Part shown: piece after piece, positions 20,833 to 29,687 of the stretch | Position numbering within the stretch: position 1 is the stretch's first letter | Layout of the letters: each line of letters opens with the position of its first letter | Source of the DNA: Vicinamibacterales bacterium | Lineage (GTDB): Bacteria; Acidobacteriota; Vicinamibacteria; Vicinamibacterales; UBA8438 | DNA length: 64,000 nt | Assembly (NCBI GenBank): GCA_965204175.1 | Contig: OZ241978.1 | Span: 4,121,330-4,185,329, forward strand | Direction: 5' to 3' | Program-made: the position numbers and the translations under genes | Notes under the pieces: model-generated | Database searches by the model: none | The model's input: only the letters and a program-made list of their open reading frames with translations | Told to the model about the DNA's origin: nothing

Positions 20833-22146
20833 TCACTCCTGCCGGACCGCAGCAAAGGCACTTCGGCACCGGCCGCACGGTCCGATGCCGACGAACGTCC
20901 GGCCGAACCCGAACGCAGCATCCGCTTCGGCGTCCGGGTCGTTCCACGGATCGGCCAGCGGGTACCCGCCGTGCAGCGTCCGCAGGACGCGCGCGCGGTC
21001 GGCCGGCTGGCCTCCCTCGATGTCGAGGAGCCACACGCTGCCGGCCGGTACGAGCATGCGGTTCGCTCGCGAGGCGCCGGAGGCCATGCTGAACCCGCCG
21101 TGCAGCTCCGGCTGGCCAACGAAGGCCGCGCGCACGCGAACGTCGACGACGCCGCCGACCGGGATGAGCCGTGGCCGGTCCTGATCGGCGGGGAGGTAGA
21201 CCGGGCTGGCGAGAAACAACCAGACCCGTGCCTTCCCCTCGGACTCCTCGCCAGCAAGACCCGTCAGCCATTCGCCCGGACGCTCGAGTGCCTGCCAGTC
21301 CCGGCTTTTCTCGGGGGCGGGAGCGAGCTGGACCGGCCGCGCCCGGCGACCGGCGTGCGCGATTCCGCTACGCAGCCTGTCGGGTTGCAGGCCGGCGGGG
21401 ACGCGATCGACGTCGAGACTGCTCCACATACCCGACCGTTCCCGGAAGCGCAGCCGTTCCATCGTGTAAAGCATGCGGTCCCGCGCTGTGCCCGTCTTAT
21501 CGTCGATCGCCACGCCGACCTGCCGTTCCCGCCGCACGAACGGGGGCAGATCGTCGGCATGGCCGTCGGGCGACCAAGCGCCCTGCCCGGTCAGTGCCCA
21601 TCGGAGGTTGCTCGCGTCGATCCACCCCCGCATCGGCGTCGGAGCGTCCGCGTCAGGGGGCGGCCCGACGACAACGGCGTGGTTGCGGTCCTCCCACGCT
21701 GCGATTCTGTCGTCGGCGAGGTCCCAGCCCGAGTCGCTGACCCCGTCGATGAGGACCTGCGCCGGGACGGGCGGTCCGTCGGCGCGATCGGACCGCCGGA
21801 AGAGAAACCGCGGGACGGGGAACCACGCCTGCAGGCGAGGCTCGTCGTCCTCGTCCCGCTCCTCGACCGGCAGCGGAGGACCGAGCCGCCAACCGGCCGG
21901 CAGGGCAACGGGCGATCCGACCAGCGCCTCGCGCTCGCGTCGGGCGGGCGGGCTCCGGTCGGCCAAGCGGTGGTCGAGGTTCGGGCGCGCCGCCTTGAGC
22001 AGGTGCGTCCGCACGATCCCCTGGAGAGTCCATGGGCTCGGGGGAAAGGTGCTCGACGCGTGATGGGCCTCGCCGGCAAGGAGAGACCGCGGGGGGCCGA
22101 AGAAGAGCGGCTCCAGCGGACGCAGCCAGAACTCCGTACGGGGCAT
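20833..22146 (-). CDS. cmr3: Type III-B Cmr3 (Cas5-like)
   Basis: LRPLEPLFF, FPPSPWTLQG, QVGVAID, VPAGSVW, AFGFG. Confidence 0.88.
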   Translation of the reverse strand: MPRTEFWLRPLEPLFFGPPRSLLAGEAHHASSTFPPSPWTLQGIVRTHLLKAARPNLDHRLADRSPPARREREALVGSPVALPAGWRLGPPLPVEERDEDDEPRLQAWFPVPRFLFRRSDRADGPPVPAQVLIDGVSDSGWDLADDRIAAWEDRNHAVVVGPPPDADAPTPMRGWIDASNLRWALTGQGAWSPDGHADDLPPFVRRERQVGVAIDDKTGTARDRMLYTMERLRFRERSGMWSSLDVDRVPAGLQPDRLRSGIAHAGRRARPVQLAPAPEKSRDWQALERPGEWLTGLAGEESEGKARVWLFLASPVYLPADQDRPRLIPVGGVVDVRVRAAFVGQPELHGGFSMASGASRANRMLVPAGSVWLLDIEGGQPADRARVLRTLHGGYPLADPWNDPDAEADAAFGFGRTFVGIGPCGRCRSAFAAVRQE

Positions 22147-25100
22147 CAGCGATCTTCTCCCGATCCGGCCAACGCGCGACAGAAGAGCAGCCCGTCCACG
22201 GCGCGCTCCGGCGTCGGCTTGCGCCCGGTGCCGGCCGCGCCTTCGGCGTGCAGGCGGAACCCCTGCAACCACATTTCGGCTACCGCATCGCCAAGGGACC
22301 GTAACGAACCGCTTGCGAGCACGGTGGCCAGCAGACCACGGAGGAACGTTGCTGACGGAACCTGCGCCCGACCTGCCTGCGGCTGACGCCCCGGCTCCGA
22401 CTCGGCGAGCGCAAGATCGGTCAGGTCCCGCAGCCTGTACGGCAGACGGCCGGGCAGCGCGCCCCGCCGGAAACCGTCGACCACCTCGATAATCCGCTGC
22501 TGGACCGCCGCCGGGCCGCCGCCAGTACACCAGGGCATCGCGAACTCGCTCTTCGCCCCGCCCCGCGCGAAGTGTCCGACCGCCACCGCGCCGCCGCCGC
22601 ACCGACGCTTGGCGACCTCGTCGAGCAGATGCCGCGCGTGGTCGATCAACAGGCGCAGGTCGGTCTTGAAGTGCGCATAGGCGATACCGGCCGAGAGGCT
22701 CTGATTGCGACCGAGCATCGGGTAGAAGCGCCCTTGGAGGGCGTCCACCGCGCCGGGTTCGCCGACGCCGGACGCGTCCGATTGCACGTTCGGATCGCAG
22801 TGGGGTTCGATCCAACGGATCGGCCACGCGATATGCTCCTCGCCGAGGGCCTTCATCGGTACGACGAAGCGCCGCCGCGCCTCCGACTGCAGCACCAGGG
22901 CGCTACCGACCGGCGGTGCCCAGTCGTGCCTCCGCCACGACCACGGTTGCTCGCGGGGCCGGGTATCGACGACCCAGGGCGCGCTGAAGAGTTGTTGCAG
23001 CCGGGCGGCCAGCCGTAGCGCGTCCGCGCCCGGGGCGATGGCCAGCACATCGTCGCCGCCAGCGTAGACGAGTCGCCCGCCGTACTCGCGCTCGACCACC
23101 CAGGGGACGATGGTGTTGGCAAAGACCGCCAGCGCGCGGGTGATGAACGCGTGCACAGACGGTCCCATGTGGCGCTTCAGGCCGAGCAGCCGCGGCCAGC
23201 CCGCGTCGATGGCCCACCGGAGTCCTCCGCCCGGCTCCGCCTTTTGCAGCTGGCTGGTGACATTCGGGTGGAGGACGTCGGCCCACGCAGCACCGATGCG
23301 CTGGGGATCGCCCAGGATGAGACGACCGAGCAGGTCGGCGTCCAGAACCACCACGGCGACCCGCGGATCGGGCGGCCGCCCATCGTGGGCCTTGCAGAAG
23401 GCCTTGTGGAGTTCGCCTGCTGCGCTGCGGACCCGCTCCAGCTTGGTCTTTTGTCGTGCGCGTTTCGCTGCCTCCCCGGCGCCGCCGGCCGAAGTGGTCG
23501 CCCTCAGGCGGCGAATCTCGGCGTCGAGGGTATGTGGCATCCCGTACTGCGCGTCGTAATTCAGCAGATCGGGGTTGGATCCCGGACTTCGAACCGCTAG
23601 CGCAAGGCGCGCCAGGGCGCGCGGAAAATTCGTCCGGTCGAGGTCCGTGGCGTCGAGTGCCGCGAGTAGGTCCGCGCCCTTGCGTGATTCGACCGCCCAA
23701 GCGAAGTACTCTTGCAAGGCCACCACCGATGTGCTCGGAAACGGCACGCGCAGCTTGCCGGCGTCCGTTTCTTCCCTCCAGTTCTGTCCGAACAGAACCG
23801 GCCCGAGCCCGGCTTCGTCGTCGTCGTTCGCATTGCTCGACGCGACGACCAGGAACCGCTTGACGGAGCAGATCGCGCAGAGTCGCTCCGCTCCGGTCTC
23901 GTCCGGATCGAGGTCGCGGGACCGCCAGAACTTCCGCGCCTCCGCACGCGTCCTGTCAATGTCCTGTTCATCCGGTCGATGAGAGAGCGCCTGCCTCTGG
24001 CCGCAAGTCGTGCACTTCTCGCCAGGTTCGGGATGGCTGATCCAGTTCCGGCTCTGGTTGCGCAGCCGGTGCCTAGTGCGCAGGACGTGATGGACGATAG
24101 GGTAGTCGAAGCCTCGTTCGTCCTGGAGGTACTTCACATTTACAGCGCCGAACACCTCGCGCGCCTGCTCGTAGTGTCCGGCAATCCTGGCTGACAACCA
24201 CGGCGCAACGCGCGCGCGGCGGCGCGCGATGCGATCCTGATCGGCATCAACCCGATCGCTCGACGGGTGCGGCGCCTGCGCAGGCAACGACTCCCGGCGG
24301 CGCAGACTCTCGGCCTCATTGACCCTTTCTCCCAAGTCGTGCGGACGATCCCACTTCACGGCGGACCAAGCGAGTTGCGGACCCTGCGCGATCTGCCGCT
24401 CCCACTGTGCCCTCCACACCGCCGGATCCGGTGGCTCCTCCCCGCGGCGGCCGGTCTCCATCATCCAACGTTCGACTAGGCTGCACAGCCCGCGCCATCG
24501 GGCGTCCATGGACTCGCGGCTCTCCTCGGCCATCACCCGCAGATGCCGCAGGTGCGAGTCGCCGGGCGCGCCGCGTTCCGGTCCCTGCGGCGCGAGGACG
24601 ACGAACGTATCTGGAATCAGCGCCGCCTGGGTGCAGGGGTCGGTAACGGCGGCGGGCAAGGCGTTCTCGCGATGCCGGCGCATCCAGGCGTCTATGCGGG
24701 CGTTGCCGCGCAGGTCCGGGTAGAGAATGCAATCGGGCCCGTAGCGCTTGATGAACGGCGTCATCGCGGCGAACGCCAGCTCCGAAATGAGGAACGACGA
24801 CATCCAGAGGTCGCGGAACGTGCGGCTCTCACGAATGAACGCCTGGACCGGCGCCACGCTCACGGACAGCAGCCAGGGATGCCGGGCGCCATCCTGGAAG
24901 CCGAGAAACGCCAGCGCGCTGGTCACGCGGAGGTGCTCCCAGATGGAATGGTCCGGACAGCGCGAGTCGGCGGGCAGCAGATCCCAGAGCGGGGTGCCGA
25001 ACCGCGATCCTTCCGGCATCGATAGGTTGTCGCGCCACGCACGCCACGTCCACCAGAACGTTCGTTCGAGCGCGTCCGCACCAGCAAACCGAGCCGGTGG

Positions 25101-25517
25101 CGCTTCGTTGTCGGGAGAGTCGAGCGCCTCCAGTGCTTTCAGCTCGGCCGCAACCTGCCCCTCCGTCACCTCGTGCGGTTTCGCCTCCGCAGCGTCCGGC
25201 ACGGGAAGCTGTACGGGGACGTCGCCCATCAACGGATGGGTCACGAGGGGGCGTTTGGTGAAGTCGCACTTGAGCACGCTGCCCCTGGCGCCCCGCGGCT
25301 GGTTCAGGACCGGTCTGTCTGCGCCGCTGGCCGCGAAGTCGGCAGGCTTGTAGTACCACTGCCCTATCGGTTCGTCGAGTATCCGTTCGATCAGCTCGAC
25401 CAGCGTCCTGGCCGCCTTCCGGTGTCCGCCCGTACCCGCCTTCAGCACGAATGGCTTGTGGGGTGGATCGTGCAGGGCTAGGCGTAGCTTGGCCTCCCAG
25501 AATGCCTTGGTGTTCAC
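22146..25517 (-). CDS. cas10: Type III-B Cas10/Cmr2
   Basis: LHDPPHK, DSRCPDHSIWEH, PVQAFIRESRTFRDLW, EKCTTCG / LCAICSVKR zinc site, intact LVYAGGDD, SAGIAYAH. Confidence 0.95.
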   Translation of the reverse strand: MNTKAFWEAKLRLALHDPPHKPFVLKAGTGGHRKAARTLVELIERILDEPIGQWYYKPADFAASGADRPVLNQPRGARGSVLKCDFTKRPLVTHPLMGDVPVQLPVPDAAEAKPHEVTEGQVAAELKALEALDSPDNEAPPARFAGADALERTFWWTWRAWRDNLSMPEGSRFGTPLWDLLPADSRCPDHSIWEHLRVTSALAFLGFQDGARHPWLLSVSVAPVQAFIRESRTFRDLWMSSFLISELAFAAMTPFIKRYGPDCILYPDLRGNARIDAWMRRHRENALPAAVTDPCTQAALIPDTFVVLAPQGPERGAPGDSHLRHLRVMAEESRESMDARWRGLCSLVERWMMETGRRGEEPPDPAVWRAQWERQIAQGPQLAWSAVKWDRPHDLGERVNEAESLRRRESLPAQAPHPSSDRVDADQDRIARRRARVAPWLSARIAGHYEQAREVFGAVNVKYLQDERGFDYPIVHHVLRTRHRLRNQSRNWISHPEPGEKCTTCGQRQALSHRPDEQDIDRTRAEARKFWRSRDLDPDETGAERLCAICSVKRFLVVASSNANDDDEAGLGPVLFGQNWREETDAGKLRVPFPSTSVVALQEYFAWAVESRKGADLLAALDATDLDRTNFPRALARLALAVRSPGSNPDLLNYDAQYGMPHTLDAEIRRLRATTSAGGAGEAAKRARQKTKLERVRSAAGELHKAFCKAHDGRPPDPRVAVVVLDADLLGRLILGDPQRIGAAWADVLHPNVTSQLQKAEPGGGLRWAIDAGWPRLLGLKRHMGPSVHAFITRALAVFANTIVPWVVEREYGGRLVYAGGDDVLAIAPGADALRLAARLQQLFSAPWVVDTRPREQPWSWRRHDWAPPVGSALVLQSEARRRFVVPMKALGEEHIAWPIRWIEPHCDPNVQSDASGVGEPGAVDALQGRFYPMLGRNQSLSAGIAYAHFKTDLRLLIDHARHLLDEVAKRRCGGGAVAVGHFARGGAKSEFAMPWCTGGGPAAVQQRIIEVVDGFRRGALPGRLPYRLRDLTDLALAESEPGRQPQAGRAQVPSATFLRGLLATVLASGSLRSLGDAVAEMWLQGFRLHAEGAAGTGRKPTPERAVDGLLFCRALAGSGEDR

Positions 25518-26725
25518 GGCGCGCTCCAGCGGCGCTCAACGGCGTCCATAAAGTCGTCGATGGCTAGGTTCGACGGCGGAGCAAGTGGTCGCCCGCCCCG
25601 GCCGGCGAGCACGGCGGACGTGCTGCCGGACCCCGCCGCCGGCACCGGGCCGTCGAGACGGAAGCACGCGGGGTGCAGCCGGTTCCCGATGCGCAGAACG
25701 CGGACGAAGAGGGGGCTCGCGTGACGGTCGCTCGTGTACCCGCCGGCCCGCGTCCCGCGAACCGCCTGGAACTGGGCGCTCCTACGCACGCCCTGGAACC
25801 GGAACGTGATCGGGAGGCCGAACGATGCCCGCTCGGGAGCACGCAGCGGTCGCTGGCCGGCCAGCGACGCCTTGACGTCGGCGTAGTCCGGCGGGCGGCG
25901 GATCCGGAAGTCCTGGAGCGCGCGCCCCACTTCGTTCAGGGCGTCGGCCCAAGCGTGCGGACGGTTCGCGGGGAATCCCCCCTGATGCAGCGCGAAGCGG
26001 AATGTCGACGACGCCGAACCCTGGCCGACGTGCGGGTTCAGCCGCGGCGCGGGCCGGGCCTCTCCCGCCTTCTTCCCGTCGTCCGGCGGCCACCCGGGCC
26101 AGCGGTCCGATTGCAGCGTCTTCAGCGCGCGGTCCAAGGCCGAGCGCCCTTCGGCCGCATCCTGGCAACCGGACAGCAACGGCAGATCCGCAGTCTCCGG
26201 CCACGCATCCTGCGGCCCCCACCGCTCGAGCGTGAAGCTGCCGAACCCGCGCCGGCTCCGACTCCCGGCGCCGCCGAGGTGCATGAGCAGCCACAGGCTG
26301 CCGAGCAGTGCGCGCCGGTACTCCGCTCCCGGTATATGCCTCGGGTGGATGAGCCGCATGGTGAACTCGGCCGGCGGCGCGATCGCCTTCCGCTTCGGGA
26401 CATCCATGTTGGCCAGGTAGCGGATGCCGTTCTTCGTCCCGCGTCCACGCCCTTCGTCGAACCGATTGACCAGCGCGCGGTCCCATGACCAGGACCGTAG
26501 TTGCCCGTTCGCGTCCACGCGCAGGAGAAAGGAGGACTGCCCGTGGTTCACCCCGGTACCGCCGAACACCGCCGGTTCGTGGCGAAGGAAATCCGCATCG
26601 AAGGCGCGGTACCAGAACCGGAGAAGCCCCTTGAAGCTGGATGCGCGCAGCTCTGGCACTCTCGGGTCGGCGCCGGCGAGATAGACCGGCGTCACTGCTC
26701 GCACGGTCAGCTCAAGCTTCCCCAT
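25514..26725 (-). CDS. cmr1: Type III-B Cmr1 RAMP
   Basis: VTPVYLAGA, ELRASSFKGLLRFWYRA, GGAGSRSRRGFG, FGLPI, RHASPL. Confidence 0.93.
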   Translation of the reverse strand: MGKLELTVRAVTPVYLAGADPRVPELRASSFKGLLRFWYRAFDADFLRHEPAVFGGTGVNHGQSSFLLRVDANGQLRSWSWDRALVNRFDEGRGRGTKNGIRYLANMDVPKRKAIAPPAEFTMRLIHPRHIPGAEYRRALLGSLWLLMHLGGAGSRSRRGFGSFTLERWGPQDAWPETADLPLLSGCQDAAEGRSALDRALKTLQSDRWPGWPPDDGKKAGEARPAPRLNPHVGQGSASSTFRFALHQGGFPANRPHAWADALNEVGRALQDFRIRRPPDYADVKASLAGQRPLRAPERASFGLPITFRFQGVRRSAQFQAVRGTRAGGYTSDRHASPLFVRVLRIGNRLHPACFRLDGPVPAAGSGSTSAVLAGRGGRPLAPPSNLAIDDFMDAVERRWSAP

Positions 26726-29687
26726 CCACGGTCTCCGTGAGCTGGTCCTGCAGCCACTTTCGAAAGTCCTCCCGCTCGCCGTGCCCGTCGTCCGGCGCCT
26801 GGTCGCTCCCCGGCGCGTCCAGCGCAGGCTGCGGATCGACGTCGTATATCTGGAAGGCCGGCCCCGTTCCCTTCCGCCACCCCGTGAAACGGTACAGCAG
26901 CATGCGGTGGCCTGCTACCGGCGGCAGCACATCGAGCAGCCGATTGGAGAGATCCTCATGATGGCTGGACAGGAACACTTGGCGTGCCGAGGCTGACGCC
27001 TCGCCGTCCCCGTAAGCCATCTGGCGCCAGAAGATCGTATCGCGGGACAGATTCGCCAGGTCGTAGGTTGCCGACAGATCGTCCATGAGGAACACGCGGT
27101 GCCCCAACTGCGGCTCCAGCAGCCGGTTCTCGGCTATCACCAGCGCCACACCCACCTGCGTGCGTTGTCCGAACGACAGCACGCGCCGTTCGCGACCGTC
27201 GTCGGTCCGTATCGTGAAGCTCCGGCGGCGACCGGATGCGTTCGCGCCGCCCTCCTCGGACTCGTCAGCCTGCAGGGCGACGCGCAACGGGCTGCCCACC
27301 GGCGCGAGCCGCGAGAGGACCCCGTTGGCGAGCCCCTCAACCTCCTTGCGGAGCGGGTCGGACACCCGGGCCGCGCCCTCGATGCCCGCGATGATCCGGT
27401 CCACGCTCGCGGCCAGAACCGCGAGCGGTTCAAGCTTATCCTGCGCCTGAGCGGCCAGCTCCTTGCGCCGGCGTGTCTCTCGCACCTCCTGCCAAGCGTC
27501 CCGCAACGCGGCGGCTGCGTCCCGCAGATCAGCACGCATCGCCATCAACGTCCCGGCGCGCTCGGAGTTGCGAGCCCGTCGCAGTTCGACCTCCAACGCA
27601 TTGCGGCGCGCTCGCCGGTGGTCGCGCTCCTCCAGGGCCGCCCGGCGAAGGTGGAGATAACCGCGGAGTTCCTCGGCGCACTTGGCTGCATCTTCTGGAA
27701 GAACGCGCCGAAGTTCCGCGGTGAGCATGGCGAGTGACGCAGGCCGCGCTTCCGCGGCTGCGCGCCAAGCAGGAACGTGGCCGCAGAGCGCCTCCAGAAT
27801 TGCGGCCAGATCCGGCTCACCCTCGTCCGCATCGAACGCCTTCACGTCCTCGTCGAGCTGCGGGTAGCGGTCGTCGATCGCGGCCAGTTCGTTCTTGCAC
27901 TCCTCGATCTCCGCCTCGATCTTCTCCAACGTCTTGCGCGCCGCCTCTCCCGCGGGCGGCGAACGCCGGAGCTCCTCGTGGCGCAACGCCTCGAGAACGT
28001 CGGGCAAACTGCGAGGCAGCTTCTCGGCGGGTGCCGATTCACCCCGCATAGCCAGCAACTGATGGACAAAATCGGACAGCATGCCCTCGTCACCGGACTT
28101 CGGAAACGACGGCCAGCGGTCCGGCTCCGCGAGCACGGCGTACTGCCCGGCAAGCTCACGGTAGTGGGGTTGGAGCGGCTCCAACGCAACGTCGAGCTGC
28201 CGCTGCGGCATCACGAGGTTAGGCTCCATCGCCTCCTCCCGGATTCGACGGTTGCAGTTGGACAAGTGCTTCTTGGCTGCCCTGACGCCATCGAGGAGCT
28301 CGCTGACGACAGGGTGGAGCGGGTCCAGCCAGTCGCGCAATGTGGTGCCGGTGGTCGTTTCGTCGAACAGTTCGTCGAGCCGATCCGGATACACCGCCGT
28401 CCGGCGGGACAGCAACTCCTCCGTGCGGTGGACGGTGTCGCTCGAGAGCGGCTGTTCTCCAAACCGCTGCTGGAACTCCCGCGTCAGCGGGCGAACCACG
28501 GCCGCGCCGGTTTCGCCGTTCACGGACCACGTAATCTCTGGCGGCTTCCAACCGTGGTCGTCGCGCTCGCGGCGACCGGCGCAGGTCACGGTCACGGTCC
28601 GAGGTTGAGACGCGGGGTCGGTGGGCTCGACTCGCAGTGCGCCCGCCAACTCGAAAGTGTCCCCGTCGCCGTGGAACAGGTGCTGCGGATCGCCGCGGAA
28701 GTGGTGGTAGCCCGTGAGCAGCAGATCGAGCGCCTCGATTAGGGTCGTCTTGCCGAGTCCATTGGGACCGGCCAGCAGAACGAGGTCGGCATCGAGATCG
28801 ATCTCGAACGGCTCGCCCTGCTGCGATCCGAAGCCGCGGAAGTTCCGGATTCGGAGCTTCCGGATCCGCGCGATGGTCCCCGGATGTGCAATCGTCCGGG
28901 AGTACGTTTCGGCGGCGATGCTATCGTCGTCGCCCGGACTGGGTCCAGGGCTGTTCCACGGAAGGCGCGCGTCGATTGTGCGCAGCTTCGCGTTCAGCCA
29001 CTCGACGAAACGGCGCACGAGCGGATTCTCGTGCGCGTCGCCCGAATAGTCGGACTCGACCACCGCCTGCATCTCGTCGAACAATCCGCACAGTTCGTCT
29101 TTTCCGGCGTGCTCCCTCGCGGCCGCGAGGACTTCGGACGCCTTCCGCGGCTCCGGGGACTCGGTCCGGCTCCACGCATCTGGCGCTGGCGCCAGCAGGT
29201 CGAGACATCGCCGGCAGTACTCCTGGTGGTCCGTTTCCACGAACAGCAGGAACTCGCCGCGGTGCCAGTCCTGGTCGCCCCCCCAGTCGCGGACCACCTG
29301 CACCCAGGGAGGCTCGTCGTTGCCGGAGTCGGAACGAGCGTGATCGCCCGTGTGGGAACACGTGTCAAGGAGCACGATCCCCACCACCGGCCGCAACAGT
29401 CCGTACTCGGCGGCCAGTTGAGCGACGAAGCGGAGGAGCGTTCGCAACTCCTCCTTGCAGGTCCCGCGCGCCTGCGTCGGCGTCAACGCCGACGGTCGCC
29501 GGGGCCGCACCGTGACGCACAACGCCGCCACGGACAGGTGAACGCGGGTGACGCCCCAGTCGAGACACCAGACCGGGTACCACGGGTCCGTACTGGTTGC
29601 GCGGTCATTCGCGTCGTCCTCGGGCTTCCGCAGAACGAGTCCCAGGTCGAAGTCATCGAGCCGGTCGGCGAGGTCTGCGGCCATCAC
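26712..29687 (-). CDS. SMC/Rad50-like coiled-coil ABC ATPase with a ~260-aa N-terminal extra domain
   Basis: IRNFRGF, GPNGLGKTT (Walker A), long helical middle, LSFGQ signature, FLMDD (Walker B), LSSHH (H-loop). Confidence 0.85.
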   Translation of the reverse strand: MMAADLADRLDDFDLGLVLRKPEDDANDRATSTDPWYPVWCLDWGVTRVHLSVAALCVTVRPRRPSALTPTQARGTCKEELRTLLRFVAQLAAEYGLLRPVVGIVLLDTCSHTGDHARSDSGNDEPPWVQVVRDWGGDQDWHRGEFLLFVETDHQEYCRRCLDLLAPAPDAWSRTESPEPRKASEVLAAAREHAGKDELCGLFDEMQAVVESDYSGDAHENPLVRRFVEWLNAKLRTIDARLPWNSPGPSPGDDDSIAAETYSRTIAHPGTIARIRKLRIRNFRGFGSQQGEPFEIDLDADLVLLAGPNGLGKTTLIEALDLLLTGYHHFRGDPQHLFHGDGDTFELAGALRVEPTDPASQPRTVTVTCAGRRERDDHGWKPPEITWSVNGETGAAVVRPLTREFQQRFGEQPLSSDTVHRTEELLSRRTAVYPDRLDELFDETTTGTTLRDWLDPLHPVVSELLDGVRAAKKHLSNCNRRIREEAMEPNLVMPQRQLDVALEPLQPHYRELAGQYAVLAEPDRWPSFPKSGDEGMLSDFVHQLLAMRGESAPAEKLPRSLPDVLEALRHEELRRSPPAGEAARKTLEKIEAEIEECKNELAAIDDRYPQLDEDVKAFDADEGEPDLAAILEALCGHVPAWRAAAEARPASLAMLTAELRRVLPEDAAKCAEELRGYLHLRRAALEERDHRRARRNALEVELRRARNSERAGTLMAMRADLRDAAAALRDAWQEVRETRRRKELAAQAQDKLEPLAVLAASVDRIIAGIEGAARVSDPLRKEVEGLANGVLSRLAPVGSPLRVALQADESEEGGANASGRRRSFTIRTDDGRERRVLSFGQRTQVGVALVIAENRLLEPQLGHRVFLMDDLSATYDLANLSRDTIFWRQMAYGDGEASASARQVFLSSHHEDLSNRLLDVLPPVAGHRMLLYRFTGWRKGTGPAFQIYDVDPQPALDAPGSDQAPDDGHGEREDFRKWLQDQLTETVDGEA

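Noticed and set aside
22146-25517. Calling the Cas10 HD nuclease active, or naming its second messenger
   Set aside because: LHDPP alone does not establish an active HD domain, and the product (cOA vs SAM-AMP) cannot be judged without alignment
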